Translations under genes and position numbers: made by a program | NCBI RefSeq assembly: GCF_964204645.1 | Contig: NC_134033.1 | Location: forward strand, 4,550,231-4,614,230 | Direction of reading: 5' to 3' | DNA from: Tubulanus polymorphus | Taxonomy: Eukaryota > Animalia > Nemertea | DNA length: 64,000 nt | In this document: piece by piece, positions 14,119-29,682 of the stretch | Layout of the letters: the number at the start of each line of letters is the position of its first letter | Numbering within the stretch: position 1 is the first letter of the stretch | The notes under the pieces: generated by a model | The model's input: only the letters and a program-made list of their open reading frames with translations | Told to the model about the DNA's origin: nothing | Databases searched by the model: none

Positions 14119-15721
14119 ACCGCAGTTTACACGCGTCCCTGTAAACGGGAATTCCCCCGTACATAACATAATATTCAGATGGCACCACATGACCAGAACT
14201 TCTGCCAAAGTATGCAGCACCATTCTTCTGACTGATGTGACAGCACCACTTTTGCATCGCAAAACACGTCCTTCAGACAAGAGACTTTGCATTTTCGAGG
14301 TTTATCGTATAAATGTTGCTGTTGCTCGAACAATACTGAGCCCCGGGGCCGACTTCACAAACCGTAATTAACCCTTAATTATGATTAAATCACTAATCAT
14401 GTTTGAATTATCATGATTAAATCGAGTTAGGTGTTTCACAAAACGTAATTAACTTTAATTAAGTTAATTACAAAATTTACTTCTCCTGTAGAGTGTAATA
14501 AAACCATTTAATCATCATTAGTTTATTATTAAAAACGAAAAGCTGCAAATATTAATCATGGAATTTGGTGTTTATTAATTGACGAAGGCAATTCCTACAC
14601 TTTTTCAGTTTTTCAGATTGTTTGGCTGAATAATTTTGATTTTTTGCCTTTTGTAAAAAAAAAAAATGTCAATACTCTAAATTCTATTGATTTATTTATA
14701 AACATCCTTTGTTTTTGGCAGGACGACCACCACATACTTTTCTATTTAGTTCTATTTAAAAACTTCAGAGAAATCTTGCTAAGTTGTTCCACCTTTCGTT
14801 CAGACTAACAAACGTTCAAACTCCGCATCGCATCAAAAACTGGTAAAACTCATTCTTCATTATACTTTTCTGACCAATATGGTAGAAAACCCTATTGTTA
14901 TTCCCTCCGTTATTATTATGACTCATTTCTAGACCACTTGGGACTTTAGTCCCATCAGCGGACTATTGCGTTCACTTTTCATCCGTCGTCTATTTTGAAA
15001 AGGGGGAATTATCGTTTCCACAGAACTTCTAAAATAACCAAAGATCACGCCGAGATTCACCTAACGCTTTCTTTCTTTTAGAGCTCGCCAAAGGAGAACA
15101 AAAGAACCCCCACACAATCCGGGGTCAAACAAATACGGATTTGGACTCTGTAAAAGCTGAGTCCGGACTTTACTGGTCAAAATTTATCATGAAATGCTTA
15201 AAAATCCTAAACGCTTTAAAATTATCATGAAAGAAGTACAAATCACGCTCTCATGTGTAAATTTATGCTTGTCTACCTTGTATTCACATTTGCAATAGGC
15301 CTACATATTTTGGCCCCTAGCTTGCACTTTTATGAGTAATTATCGAACTGAAAAATACTGATTTTAATGAAACTTCATTGTACGCCATTTCTAAACCAGT
15401 GACGTAGAAAACCTGGTATCTCTATACACAATTGTCCAGGGACGAACATGTTACTGTATAATCCACTCTGCTCATCTGATAATTTCATATTTAAACATGT
15501 TTTAACAATTCCTAGGGATTAGTTTAGTAACTGTGCGCACGGTCAGGGCTTCTTCCACTGCACTCCATCGGCTTTTTGACTGATCTTCTAATCGATATCA
15601 AACAGTGTATCTCTATATATTATCGAGTCCTATCGAACTAAAAAAAATCAAGTTTTGAGAAATCCCCATTAAAATCATCATTTCATACCAGTATTAACGG
15701 GTTATCGTAAATAATGTCCTA

Positions 15722-15825
<104 letters not shown>

Positions 15826-15911
15826 TATTGATTGTAAATCGTGATTTTGATGTACTGGTAGCTTATCGATTACATGATTGCAAATGAAAGGTTTAATTTT
15901 TTCGTTCATTT

Positions 15912-16901
15912 TTATCGATATTTGCAAAATGTATTGCTAAAAATACGCCGAAACTTTGCACTTGATAGGCAATACAGAAAAAAATTTACGCACGAGTCAA
16001 CTTGTGATAAAACGGGTTTTAAAGGGCTCAGATACATGTTCCGGATGCCTACCATGATAAGAATGCGGTCAGCTATTGTTGGACTTTCACAGATAAGATA
16101 GATGATAACCGAGGACAGGGCTAACATTGTAGCCTGCATGTCACCAGTACCGACCGAGGATGACTGGGAAATCTTTTTACGTCGTGACGTTGCTTTGATT
16201 AGGATTCGGATTAATGCGATGTTAGTAATCGAGAGGAATATAAACGGCATCGCGACGATGAATGTGATGTTCATCAAACGACTGATCACCTGTCCATCGG
16301 AATGAACAGCCTGGCCGAGCATCATACGATTAAACAACGGGCAATCATTGTATACAGATTTTAGGATGATGAAATGCCAATGATACGCGTGCGTTATAAA
16401 ACAGAAACAAAACAAACCCACAACAGCGAACTTACATCTTTTTGGGGTAATTAAAGCCCTGGATTTAAGCGGGAACGACAGTTGTAACCAGCGCTCAATA
16501 CTGATCATAGCTATCAACCAGTTTCGATACATTTTACCCGTCAACTGCGCCACTGACGTGTAATACCTAGGATAAGGGGCGAGCAAAACGGGATCCAGGT
16601 AGTGATAATTTATGAAGCCGAATTTCCAAAGTCCATTCAAATCTGAAAGGTTGTAGTAACAAAAACTGAGAACGAGATAAATAGAATCAACAACAGCTAG
16701 AATACTGAGCAAGTAGTATGTAGCGACCACGCTCGAGTACATGCGTCTTAAAATGATAAAACTCAAATAGTTACAAATCAAACCAGTCGCACAGACAACT
16801 GTGCCACCGATGGCTCTGATATGTATTCGGTGTTCGGCATCATCCCAGAAACGTTGACTCAAACACTCGTGAGTTGTGGTAGATTGATTAGTTTCAGACA
16901 T
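15912..16901 (-). CDS. Single-exon rhodopsin-class GPCR (FMRFamide-receptor-like)
   Basis: [22 protein letters not shown] and DSCVNFFLY motifs; shares RNW..ER and CE.P with 9395..10462. Confidence 0.9.
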   Translation of the reverse strand: MSETNQSTTTHECLSQRFWDDAEHRIHIRAIGGTVVCATGLICNYLSFIILRRMYSSVVATYYLLSILAVVDSIYLVLSFCYYNLSDLNGLWKFGFINYHYLDPVLLAPYPRYYTSVAQLTGKMYRNWLIAMISIERWLQLSFPLKSRALITPKRCKFAVVGLFCFCFITHAYHWHFIILKSVYNDCPLFNRMMLGQAVHSDGQVISRLMNITFIVAMPFIFLSITNIALIRILIKATSRRKKISQSSSVGTGDMQATMLALSSVIIYLICESPTIADRILIMVGIRNMYLSPLKPVLSQVDSCVNFFLYCLSSAKFRRIFSNTFCKYR

Positions 16902-19900
16902 TGTAAAGCCGTCAATTTGGTCTCACTTATTTTCTGTAGAGTTGATCAGAGAGACTATTTACGCGTTCTACAGGTTCCATTGTTAAGTAGTTTGAAAAGG
17001 ATTGTATTCAATTAACTCCCATTGTTAAATATGCTTCTAACATGGACAATTATTTCATATCTCCCTGTCGCATTAGAGACGAACATAATAGGAAATTCGA
17101 TTTCTGTAACACATATATATGATTCAGAATAGAAAACGTATTCGAGAATATTTTAGAATTCCCTGAATGAATGAATTGGACTTGCACGGTATCGATATGC
17201 ACTAGACATAATGTGTACATATACATCGAGGGATTTTGACACAATGAAGTACCCCCTCCAGCAAAATATAGGATGGATGTGTACACAGTACTTTGAAGGT
17301 TTTTAGCCAGAATTAGGATCGTACAGAAGATTTCTCTCAATTAAGTCAGATCTTTTGGGACGTAAAAATATGTCTTGAGTGACATCCGAGTTGGATGTCA
17401 CAAACAATATTTCAAACAAACATCAAAGTTGAACGGTTATCCGACTCGGGCACTGTCGACTGTACAAGGAATGATTAATTGGGGCGTTCTGTCCAATCGG
17501 TAGGAAATGCTATTGTTATCTTCGTGATAACTTTTTTCACATTTTTTAAACTTAAAAATAATTTTCCTATAGAATTCGACTACTGATATGTCTCAAACGC
17601 ATTACCGAAACGGCGAAAATGTCAATTTGTCTGAACACGTAGCTCCACTTAATGAAATGTCCTTATTATGACTTCGCAAATTTGCAAAACACTGATGCAA
17701 ACAAAGCGCTTTTTATAAACGGTTCCGGGTACTGTTGTAGTAATCGTCCACCAAATCAATTTATTTTCCAAAATTCATCATGAACTTGTCATGGCTTTAG
17801 GTTGAAAAACTTGCTTTTCTTGTTGATTTACGTTTAGGTTTGAATTTCAATGTCTGTGTAATCTAATGAATATGTTATTTTATTGGGTATCTGTTAATAA
17901 TTGATAATCTAGTGATTCAGGTGATATTTATTTATATCGTAATGTCTACTGTGCCGCAGTATAATTTTCTTTTACAGTTAAATCTTTAATCACCGTAACA
18001 GCGCGTATTATTGAAGCGAGTTTACGTCATTGTTACGATATCATATGATTGAAAATGAATTGATACCGTATCTGGATTCAGATATTCTTACTAAATTACT
18101 AAATATTACCGTTTATTGTTTTAAACTAATTTACCCACAGGGAATGTTCCCTTTTAGATATGATCACAACTTTTGTTTTGATTAACATGAATGTATTATG
18201 TGGTAAAGCACGTGGTATGTTCTAAGGTTGTCGTGGTATATGTGTTGATAAGGGCAATAAGACTATACGAGTTTGAACATTTTTCATTTCCCTATCGAAG
18301 AAAATGAACAAACACTGTTGGAATGAGTAGGTATCGGCGTAAACTGCATCCTTGCTACTTCCCTGAATGTTTTAGGTGTAACGGTATGATGGACTGTTTA
18401 TGGCTAGCAGATTCACACTCTAAAATATTTCTATTTCGACGTTTCCTTTATGTTCAACGTAGAATTGTATTATTAATGAGAAAATCTGTTCGATATACCG
18501 GTATTTGAACACTTAACACAATCAACTATCCTGACAAATTACGAGTGAATTGGGTTGGGTTTGTGAGTATTGTCCATTGATTTATGTCAAGAATGATTTG
18601 TGACTTCAGATAGATATATGACGAATGACGAATAGAAATCACAAATAAATCTCTTTATTTTTCTATCAGTTTAGATTAGTTTTCCATATGTGAGGAAAGA
18701 TTTCGTCGAAACACAACACAGTTCATCATCATGGCGTTAATCGTGAATTCAACTGAGTTACATTGTCCTCGTGTCTGTGGCGAACAAGTCTGCAAGTTTC
18801 CGCACCCTTTCATTAGTTATTCTGCTTATCTTGTTCAAATATGAATAAAGTGTCGACAAGATGTTATAATATCTAGTGAAGGATAGCCCAATCGAAAGCA
18901 AGAATGCTTGTTTGGAGCATTGGGCTACCTTAAAAACACACACAATCACACATCATTCATTCCCCTCGCATACAGATTCATACAACAAATAACATTAGAT
19001 CAAAGGCGGATGGATGTAAAATGTAACAATTACAAGCAGATTACAATCAACAAATAAACTAGTTTTATGATTGACGCATCCGCATCATATTATTGAAAAT
19101 CAAGGGAATTTAGAATCCTGTTCAACGGCCAACACGGTTTTATAAAAAGAAGGTCTACAAACAGTCAATCTGGCCTACTTTATTTAAACCATGGGTGACT
19201 AGAACAGATGCTTTGACCCTGGAAAATCGACTGATAGGCCTATAGTATTTACGGATTACAGCATTTGAAATAGCATTTGATAAGTTACTACATCAGCGAT
19301 TACTAAACAAGCTATTAGGATAATCATCATTGTCTCGTGTGGGCAGACATATCAAATTTTGAGGGACATACTTCTTTTCAAGGTAGTCTAGTTCGTATTC
19401 ACAATTTGACTATATTCGAGTATATTGCGGCGTTGCCAATATACTTCGGGTTATAATTCCTGTCGGCGACGTCTAACTTTTTACGCACAAAGATACGATG
19501 TAGCTCACCACAGTTACATTTTCGGTCATCGGTTCATCTATCCATTAATTCTGGACGATGAACAATTTGATTTTTTTTTCTTAAATGGCTCATAGAATTT
19601 AGTCGAAACGTCTCTTAGTTTTTCTTCTTACTATGGGTGGGTTTATCAACTAACAGTTTGCTGAGTTAGCCTATAGATAGTATTGCTTTGGTCCGATCCT
19701 TTCAGGAAATGACAGAAATTGTTTTTTTCAGATGCTATTTAGAATCAAACAGATAGTTTATCAGTAAAATCTGTTTAACTGTTTTTCTAAAGGCACCGTT
19801 TGTCGCGCAGTAGACGAAAAAATTAGCGGAAGAGTCTAAAACGCTGAGCAGTATCCCTACTTTACGCATGACCAATAGTTCATCCTCAGATAGATCGTGA

Positions 19901-19973
19901 CGTAATCCGAAATGCGTTTCGAAGAAATATAGCAGACGGTCTAGCGATGCGGGAATTTCACAGATAAAGAATT

Positions 19974-22900
19974 CGGTAACGACTCGTGTAAAGTGTATTG
20001 TATTTGGAAGGTTGGAATATTATTCTTTACTTCAAAACGCAGAGTATTATCTATTAAAGTATAAAAAATAAGTCCACGAACCGCGTTATTTTCACATATT
20101 AAGGTTTCGTGTTGGGTCCTAATAATTTTGAACAGTTTTCCATTTTGGAAGAGGTTGTAGTCTATCAGCTGTATCAAAATGATCGGATCATTCTCACCCG
20201 CGTTGTTTGTTTCGCATGAAACTGATCCAATAAATTTGATAATAAATCTGTTATATTGAAATATATTTTGCTGTATCGGGTTTTTAAATTCATAGGAAAT
20301 ATATTTCGATGTACTTCCTGCCCGACCCGGGTAGTTCGGTGACTGCACGAGTCCACATTTATCTTTAGTAGTAACTGGAATAAATGAACTGTCAAATCCA
20401 AAACTATCCGCTTTTTTCACCCCTAGACATTCACGACGTAGTTTAACTATTAGTGGTCGCCGCCAGAAAACAAACCCACCTGTGAAATCTACAGTGTTTA
20501 ATACGAGACTGTTATTAAGAAACTGATTACTCAAACTCAGAGTCTGATCACATGACAATGACATCTTGAGAAAACATCGGTCAATTTGATATTCGTGTTC
20601 TGATGATATGTGAATATTTTTCAAGCGAAGGCGTCGATTTTCAGGTGTAATCACGAGACATTGTGACGTCATATTGATCTGACGTTCTTCTTCCTGTAGA
20701 ACATAACCATCACAATCAGTAGCAGCAAATTTAAGATATGATCTGGAAGGACGATCAACTGTTAACTGATTGTTATAGTAATAAGCGTATGCTACTACAG
20801 TAACCGGTCCACCTGATGTAATCAGGCTGACGACAGATCGACCGTAGTATGAACCAGGACAATACGGACCATAGCGTCTAGCTGTGAAATTACTACCATC
20901 AAATATATAAAAACCAGCTCGATCACCGTTTTCTCATAGCACTGTTAGTTTCAACTGTTCTTCATAGATGTTCACTTTCCAGTTAAGTTGTAATGTAGTT
21001 ACACGATACAATGTATTCTTTGATCTCGGGAACAATCGATTAGCTGATGTTGGGTTTGTGAGTGAATGCTGAAGTATAAGAAAATTGATTAAAAAATTGA
21101 ACGTTTACAATACGACAATTTCAAACTCTGTACGACCTCGATATTTTGATAATAGTTCAAAATGTTTCAATTAAATCTTAACTTAAATTCTTTCACAAAT
21201 CATCATAATTACTCTGCGTTGAGACGTGCGTCCAAAAATATTGAAATTTTGGTCACACATAACGTTGTTATTCCAAGTTTCTCGGAACAGTATCACTGGT
21301 AAATATCGCCATCAAAATCATAGACTTTTACAGTGATTCTATTACACAAACCTAATTTACAAATCACTCTAATAAACTTACCAATAACGTTGCCTTGTTG
21401 ATGTAGACGTCTGATATTGTGATTGATTTCACTTCAAACTCTATTTCCAAATTCGATCTTAAAAAATCCGATGTCGTTAAAACGCACAGAATCACGAGAA
21501 ATCCGTCTGATTTTACACTCTGAGATTTAAGATGGTTAAAACTGAGTAAAACATCAGTTCTCACAATACGTAACCCTTCCTGTTTATAAACACCAACGAC
21601 ACCTGGTGACGAGACGAGATCATGTGTCCAGTTGAAGACGACGAACTGCAGAACATCGACTGTGATAGACCAGCAGTATAAGTGTTTAGACTGAGTTACT
21701 ATATGTGGTATTCCATCAATTGTAGTGAGCAGTCCTGATTTATTATAGACTTGAATTAACGGGTTAGAGATGTTCCAATCTGATATTTTGTAAACTTGCA
21801 CGAGTAACTTCGACTTCCAACTTCTTTCAATTTCAATACGTGCTTTATTAGTTTTAGTATAAAACGATGAAGGTGGATGTCCGGTTTGTTCTCGTATAAG
21901 AGTTATAGGTTCACTGGTGCTGTTCCGTCCGTCGTAAATTTGAGGACGAGTTTTCATTGGATCCTCAACTGGTCTTAATCTGAAATCTATCTGTATAAAC
22001 GTTAAATTCATTGCAAACCCGTCTGGCATCCCGATCCATTCTAACAACAATTTACATCGAGAGGTAGAAATCATGAATTCATAACCTGTTTGAGTTGGTG
22101 ATTCTTTTACTGCACGTTTATGACATTTATGTACGATTTTCAAGCGACTCTGTTCTTCAAAACGATATATGATATAAACCCGACTACCTCGCGCTCCATC
22201 GACGTTACTCCTAAACAACAACGCAATCAAATCGTTACTGCGGATATCTAGTCTTTAATGCATATACTAAAGAGTTACCGGATTACGTTGTGCATGATGA
22301 AAATTTGATTAATATTCTAGCTATAAATGAGATATTCCATGAATCTGCTAATAGTCTAGCTGTAATGATAAATGGTGGTTTTTTAAGCAGAAAAAATAAG
22401 GACAAATACGTGAATAACTGGGGTTATCGATTATTAGAGCTGTGTAGAAATCATAATATATTTGTAGCAAATGGAAGATTAGGAAAAGATCAGGGCGTTG
22501 GAGAATTTACTTGTGTAAAGGGCGTAAATCATCATGTTGTGGATTATATTTTAATGTCAGCTGAACTTTTCACGAAATGCTCTGATTTTAATGTTATGGA
22601 CTTTGACCGTATACTGTCCGATGTTCATTGTGCTATTTATTGTACTCTAGCCTCAGATTGTAATATTGAAAGGAATGAGTTTCTACCACCCAGAGAGAAG
22701 GGCAAAATCCGGTGGTCAAAAGATAAAGAGGGTCTCTTTAGGAATGCTATTGACCAACAGAAATTAAGTCAGTTAAATCTTGATCTAAACGATAACAAAA
22801 TAAATTGTGAAACTGCGAATAATATTTTAACGGAGACATTGATTGGAGCTTCCGAACGTACAATGGGTAGAAAAAAGATTGTTTCAAAAAATAATCGTAA

Positions 22901-25682
22901 AAAGCCGTTTTTATCTGACCCTGAAGTTTTAAAACACCGAAAATGTTATAGGCGAGCAAGAAAGAGCTGTAAAAGACACCCAACACCACAACGAAGAACA
23001 CACATGAATTTGGCTTATAGGAAATACAATTTGGCTATTAAAAAAGTGAAACAAAAATACCTTTTGGATCAAAATAACCTTTTGAAAAAACTGTCGAAAA
23101 CCGATCCAAGAGCTTATTGGAAGTTTTTTTCTAAAGCCAAACAAAATGTTTGTAAAGCCTCCCTATCTGACCTTTTTCATCATTTTTCAAAACTAAATCA
23201 AATACCAACAGACGACGACGATGATAGTAATTATTTTGATGTAAATAACTTTATCGATGTTGACAATGACGACGCCCTCAATCGAGTCATTACGGAATCG
23301 GAAATTTCTAAATGTATAAAGAAACTTAAGAATAACAAGGCACCTGGATGTGACGAGATACTGAACGAATTCCTTAAAACCTCTGAAGATATAATAATGC
23401 CCACTTTAGTCAATCTCTTTAATAAGGTCCTGGAAACTGGGATTATCCCTGAGAACTGGACAATTGGTAAAGTTACACCTATTTTTAAGAACAAAGGCGA
23501 GCCACGTGATCCGGACAATTATCGGGGAATCACATTACTGAGTTGTATTAGTAAGTTATTCACAAGTATATTAAACGATCGTCTCCATGAATTCCTTGAA
23601 TCAAATGAACTCCTGAATAGAAATCAAGCCGGATTTCGAAAAAATCATAGCATTTTGGATCACATTTTCACCCTTCACTCAGTAATTGACACCCTTTTTA
23701 GTAAGAAGCGAAAGCTCTATTGTATTTTTATTGACTACCAAAAGGCATTTGATACAATATGGCGAAAGGCACTGTGCCACAAACTTATCTCAACAGGTAT
23801 CACCGGAAATATCCTAAACGTAATTCATAATATGTATAAACATATCAAATCCATGGTTCACGTGCAGGGTCAATCCTCAGGTTGTTTTCTTAGTAACATA
23901 GGATTGAGACAAGGGGAAAAATTTATCGCCAGTGCTTTTTTCTATATTTGTCAATGACCTTGAGGCTCCATTAATTGAAAGAGGTTGTCAAGGGATTTCA
24001 TCTCCCTTCGAAAACGAAGATCTATGGGTTCAGCTACTAGTTCTGCTGTACGCAGATGATACGATCTTATTGGCCGATAGTGCAAGTGCACTTCAGAAAA
24101 ACCTCGATATGTTGGTCGCTTATTGTAAAAGGTGGAAATTAGTAATCAATATTAGTAAAACTAAAGCCATTGTATTCAAAAAAGGAAGTCTATTAGACAA
24201 CCCGTATTTAATATCGATGGAGTATTAATCGAAACTGTATCTGAATTTAAATATTTAGGTGTGCTTTTTAATTATACAGGAAACTTTGCAAAATGTAAAA
24301 AGCTGATTTGTGAACACGCAAAGAAGGCGCTTATATTTGTTCTTAAGAAAGTTCAACATTTTTCTCTTGACTTTGATACTGCTTTCCAAGTCTTTGACGC
24401 AATGGTTGGATCGATTTTAACATTTGGTTGTGAGGTGTGGGGCTTTGGAAATTTTGATGTTATTGAAAAAATTCATTTAACATTTTGTAAATATCTGCTA
24501 AGCCTCAAGAGGTCAACACCAAATTTGATGATATACGGTGAGACAGGAAGGTTTCCATTTGAAATTCGTATCAAAGTTCGTATGGTAAAATTTTGGGGAC
24601 ACTTGATCCTGCATGAAGAGACATACTCTGGTAAAATGTACCGCATTCTTTATAATAGTCATTTAAATGGTTCGCAAAGTAAATGGATATCCTGTATCAA
24701 ATCAATCTTACAGAATTGTGGTCTTGGTAATATATGGTTGGAACAAACTTTTCCGAATATTCCCTACCTTGGGGAACTCGTAAAACTTAGATTAGAAGAT
24801 CAATTTAAACAGACACGGCATGGATCGATGGTACTATCCTCTAAATTAGATACGTATAGAATATTTAAAACTGATTGGGGACAAGAAAAATATCTTTCAT
24901 CACTACCACGAAGTTTAAGAATCTCACTATGTAGATTTAAATGTTCCAACCATAAATTACCAATAGAGACTGGTAGATATGAAAACAAACCACGGAACGA
25001 ACGAGTTTGTAATAAATGTAACGAGAATACTATTGGGGACGAATATCATTTCATACTGAAGTGCGAATTTTTCAACGCTTTTAGAATTTTGTATATACCT
25101 AACAGATATAGAATTGGCGCAAATCATTATAAATTCAAGCAATTGCTCAGTAATGAAAACCTGTATTACAGTCTATCTAAATACATTACGACTGCTACAC
25201 GGTTGTTATAGCTAGGGCTATTAATATGTATAAATTTGCCAGCTTTTATATTTATACTATTCATACTATTTTGTTATGCTCGGAAAAATTGTATATCTTT
25301 TTTGGAGCAATAAACTAAACTAAACTAAAACTAGTCGTTTTCTTCCGGTAGCGCAGAGTTTGTTGTCGGACTCACCGACGAGAAGGTAGTTTTCGTTACA
25401 GAATATCGACGGCTCGATGTCGTAGTAAACTTGAACGAGAAAACTTCCCGGTAAAGAGCTGTTGACGAACCAACGACATTCAACACCGCGCACTAACGAC
25501 GGATAGTTCGGTGAAACGATGTAACCAGACGTAGAATCGACGGAGTATTGAGTGTTGTTACAAGATGAACTGACTGTAACAGACGCGGCTTCCTCGACAG
25601 AGTTTGCGCGATCAGCCCGCGTTAATATACAGTCTCCGCAAGCGATCAGTAAAACTACGAACAACGCTTTCATTCGCTGCAT
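19974..25682 (-). pseudogene. Receptor copy A: 5' part only (signal peptide and CUB-like domains), LINE-interrupted and 3'-truncated
   Basis: ORFs 25320..25691, 21364..22230 and 19941..20672 align with copy B; TCA>TGA near 20935; homology to copy B ends near 19974. Confidence 0.9.
22254..25330 (+). mobile_element. 5'-truncated non-LTR retrotransposon (APE + RT, RTEX-like), frameshifted
   Basis: APE C-terminus (VVDY, SDVH); RT motifs QAGFR, DYQKAFD, YADD; C-terminal ETGR..C..C..DEYH..C; (TAAAC)n tail; TSD CTAGTC at 22248-22253 and 25331-25336; empty site matches copy B. Clade assignment is tentative. Confidence 0.93.
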
Positions 25683-26805
25683 ATTGAACACAATTCACGC
25701 TTCAAAACAAACACATTTCTAACTATTTCTAAGTTTTCGCGACATTTCTCAAACTCGAGTGGCTGCAAAGTAATGACGAATTCACAAATGACAGAAGTTG
25801 ACGAATTGATCGAGTCCAATTATTTTGTAAAAAAATCCGCCCATCAAACTGGCGCCAGTCTCGTGTTTGTGAAACTTTCATCTGTTCTCGGTTTCGCTGT
25901 AATTACCGCGGTTTCTAAATTTAAACGTGTTTCAATACATCGCGTTTATAATCGTGTGCAATTATTTCTCTAAAATCATTTACTGTCGCCCCCGAACTGC
26001 GTTCAGTTTGTGATAATATTCGATGACATTTTCTATCTATACCTCAAAATATTCTGCGTCTCTGTAAAACACTTCGTCAATATCTGTTTCGACAATTCAC
26101 ACTCTACAGTCAATATAATAACTGAGTTGAAGCTAAGTGAAGCGCATGGATATCTGATTGTGGTGAGTAATAGGTCTTGTTTGGTACAGATTGTTTTGAA
26201 GAAACAATAGCAACCAAGTAAGACGGGGATGACAGCGGTACAATCGAAACGGAAATGTTTGGAATCTTTAGTTAGGAAACAGTGACAATAACCCCGGCGA
26301 GAATCTGACTCGCGCACTCTGATTCGGTCCGTTCTAAATTCGTCCCCTTCCGGACACGGACCCGTTTAGGACGGTCAAATTGCCGATGATATCATCTTAA
26401 TTGATCTTTTATAATAATCAATTGCAAATAGTTCTAAGATTCGTGCTTGATTCCTGTGAAAATTCGAGTGACAATTCAATAATGGAAATGTGATTGATTG
26501 TTGCAAACTGATTTTTCTTTCAATTCGATTTTGAAAGGATTTAAATTACTGCATAGAACTATCATTTTAACGAGGACTGTTAGAGAATATCTGATATTAT
26601 ATCTACTTCATATATTAGTTAGGATATTGAAGTTGAAATATGTACGGGTTAGTCCGGTATTATATAGCCAGTGGTTCTCGTGTCCATTGAACCCCATAAT
26701 GACAAACTCAGTTCATATTGTGTCCTGTTATTGTCCTCGGTCTTTGAAATTGATGAATACGTTTCGATTTTAATTGAACCAATTCTGATGATTCATTCGT
26801 AACAT

Positions 26806-29682
26806 CCCAGTAAACATGTCAATGTTATTACAATGTTAATGAAATGTTAAATCCTGATATTGAATTAAAGTTGATTTTTGGGTGTATAAGTAAGTTGTGA
26901 CAACCAACATTACTACAACATTCATCAATTCGCACATCGATTCAATGTCGACATGGTAACCATCTCCTCATGATGTAGATTCAACATTCATACACCAACA
27001 TTAAACAAACGTTACTCCGACATCAATACAAAGTATTAAGATTCATATGAACTAAAATTAAAATTTATTGTTGAAAACCTGTAAAAATAAAATCATATAA
27101 AAGACATACTGTCTGATTACAATATTGACTGATCACAGAACTATGGGCCAACAATTCAGTGGCTTTCAGTGCTAATTCACTTCCATACCCCCTAATTCTA
27201 CAGTTATCAGTGCAAAATTAGTCTGAAACATAAGCCTTGTCTATAGCCTACTAGCGCGTAAACCTGTGTTTGAATGCGGGTTTCCTCGGACCGGGGTTCT
27301 GCTTATAATCCGTGTTTGAATGCTGTATCATCCACACCATCACTAGAAAGAGGTTCAGTTTCATCATTACCAGATAACACGACATTCTGATCTAACAAAT
27401 CAGGTTCATTAAACTCTATTTCATGATCAGAGTATTCCTCAGTATCAGAATCAATTGATGATAACTGTAACTCCCCCTCACTATGAGATAATAAGTTCTC
27501 AAGCTGTCTGTCAACAAATCGCCAGCGTCTTTGGCGTCCTGAGGCCATTGAATCAGGATTACTGTAAGAAAATTAAGAACAAGAAAGTAAATTCTTTACA
27601 TTGATTTGATATGATTGATAATCCTATAATAAGGACTGAAAGATCTAATCCCAACGAGAGGGATTATATCTTTCGAGCTTTATTGTATGATTGATTATCA
27701 TATCTAAGACACTGATAATTGCGTCTAATCAAGGACATATTGACTTCCAGACTGTCAATTTTGCAGAATGGTGTACTTCAGTGTGGCTGTAGACTTAAAT
27801 CGGGGAAGGTTGGTGTTAATTCACTTCCATACCCCCTAATTCTACAGTTATCAGTGCAAAATTAGTCTGAAACATAAGCCTTGTCTATAGCCTACTAGCG
27901 CGTAAACCTGTGTTTGAATGCGGGTTTCCTCGGACCGGGGTTCTGCTTATAATCCGTGTTTGAATGCTGTAGCGTCTACACACGAGATATCTTACACCTC
28001 CATTAGAGTGTATAATAATAGACATTGTTTATTTTGATAACGGCATCCCACATACAGTTCACACGCTTCACATGCAAAGCCGTGTTTGAACGCGGGTTCC
28101 ACCATCTACACACAATAAAATCGCAGAGCTCGGTTCGAACGCGGGTTCAAACCCTTCTTTAATTGCAAGGTTTTCAAAACCCGTCTTTTCGGTAAAATGG
28201 CGTGTTTGAAAATAACAAGATTTTATGAAAACTGGGGACGCTGCACGGGCCGCGATTCAAACACTTCAACAACCCTAACTATGTTGCAATGATACGCATA
28301 GACGAGAGCATGGTACAAATTATTGATTGTTGGAAATTACTCAACTGCACGAGTGTTTTCATATTCAAAAACATTTAATGCATAAAAAGAATTACAACAA
28401 GGATTTTAAATTGTGCAGATATAGTGAAAATTACCCATAAACCTGAAAGAAATCTGGGACTGAGTGACATGGGCAGATAAGGAGTCGCTCTGCATGGGAC
28501 GATGATGAAATACCGGTAGAACATTACGAAACCACAAAGTTTTAAAACCCAGAATAGGTAAACAAAAATATCGCCGGGATGTTTATGAAGGGGTAACCGG
28601 GACAACCAGTAAATGTCTGTGACAAATGAATCCGTCATTGTACCGGCGAATCCAGGACGGTTAGTGTTGGCGCAGCTTTGGACTTCAGGCTTCTAGTAAT
28701 TTTTTAAGTCAAAGCATGCCCAGAATGAATCATATAGCCTACTCATAACAAACTGAATTGAATAGTAGGCCTACGGTCACGTGCGGGTACACAGCGTGAC
28801 AATTGTCAATTATTAGGCCTATAATTTTCAGTAGGCCTATAATTTTTGATTCGCGTTTATAATTCAAATTCAATAAAATAGATTTTAATTGATATTGAAA
28901 AAATTATCAAAAATTTTGATTTACTTAAACCTTGATAGGCCTAAATCTTACGATGAAATAAAAAAATTCATGTGGGGTTACTAAACACCGGAAACCGCAT
29001 TACTAGCGCCGCCTTTTTAATTTTGGCGTGGCAAATATAAATAAATCCGCATGGGATGGCATGCACTGCTGAACGGCATAGGCCCTAGAGTTGAGGAAAC
29101 TCAAAATAGGCTCGAACGTTAATCTCCCAATCATTTATAAAAACTGTGTATTAATATTAATTCTTGAACGCCGGGATGGCGGTGGATTAACTTACTGTCC
29201 TTGATGAGCAAGAAACGTCGCTGTTAGACGCCATATTGGATGATCAGCTTATTGCAAGGTGTGGTATAATTCAGATCTCTCAGTTTCACCTCGAAGACGG
29301 CATGTTCTAGATGGGTTCGAATCCTGCTTAAGCTTTTCAAAAAAACTACCAGCATGCTATTTTCTAGCAAATATTATACACACAAAATACTCGCACGGTA
29401 AAGTAGACACGAAAATAAACAACATAAACTATTTATATGTAGAAAATAAACAAATTTTGAATTACATTGAATCGACATTTAAAAAGCAATGTTTAATCTA
29501 GGTTGAATTTTGATCAAAGTGGCAACGGTTGCAAATTGGGACATTGATTCATCATCGTTATCTCAAATATCATAATAAAATATGGAATAAACATTGAAAT
29601 AGAGCTGGTGTCATGGAATCAACGTTGATATCTCAACATGAACATTGAATCAACATTGATTTCAGGTCGCGTGTTTACTGGG
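26806..29682. mobile_element. Non-autonomous CMC/EnSpm-like DNA transposon
   Basis: TIRs cccagtaaaca / tgtttactggg; 2-bp TSD AT; subterminal caacattg/caatgtt repeats; empty site gaaacATacg in the paralogous unit near 40965; internal ~155-bp direct repeat (about 27173-27327 and 27817-27971). Confidence 0.8.

Noticed and set aside
6014-14420. Isolated transposon-like ends (taccgtaaaacgggg near 6015, tacagtaaac near 7616 and 13223, ggggccgacttcacaaa near 14345)
   Set aside because: No partner TIR or TSD could be identified by eye.
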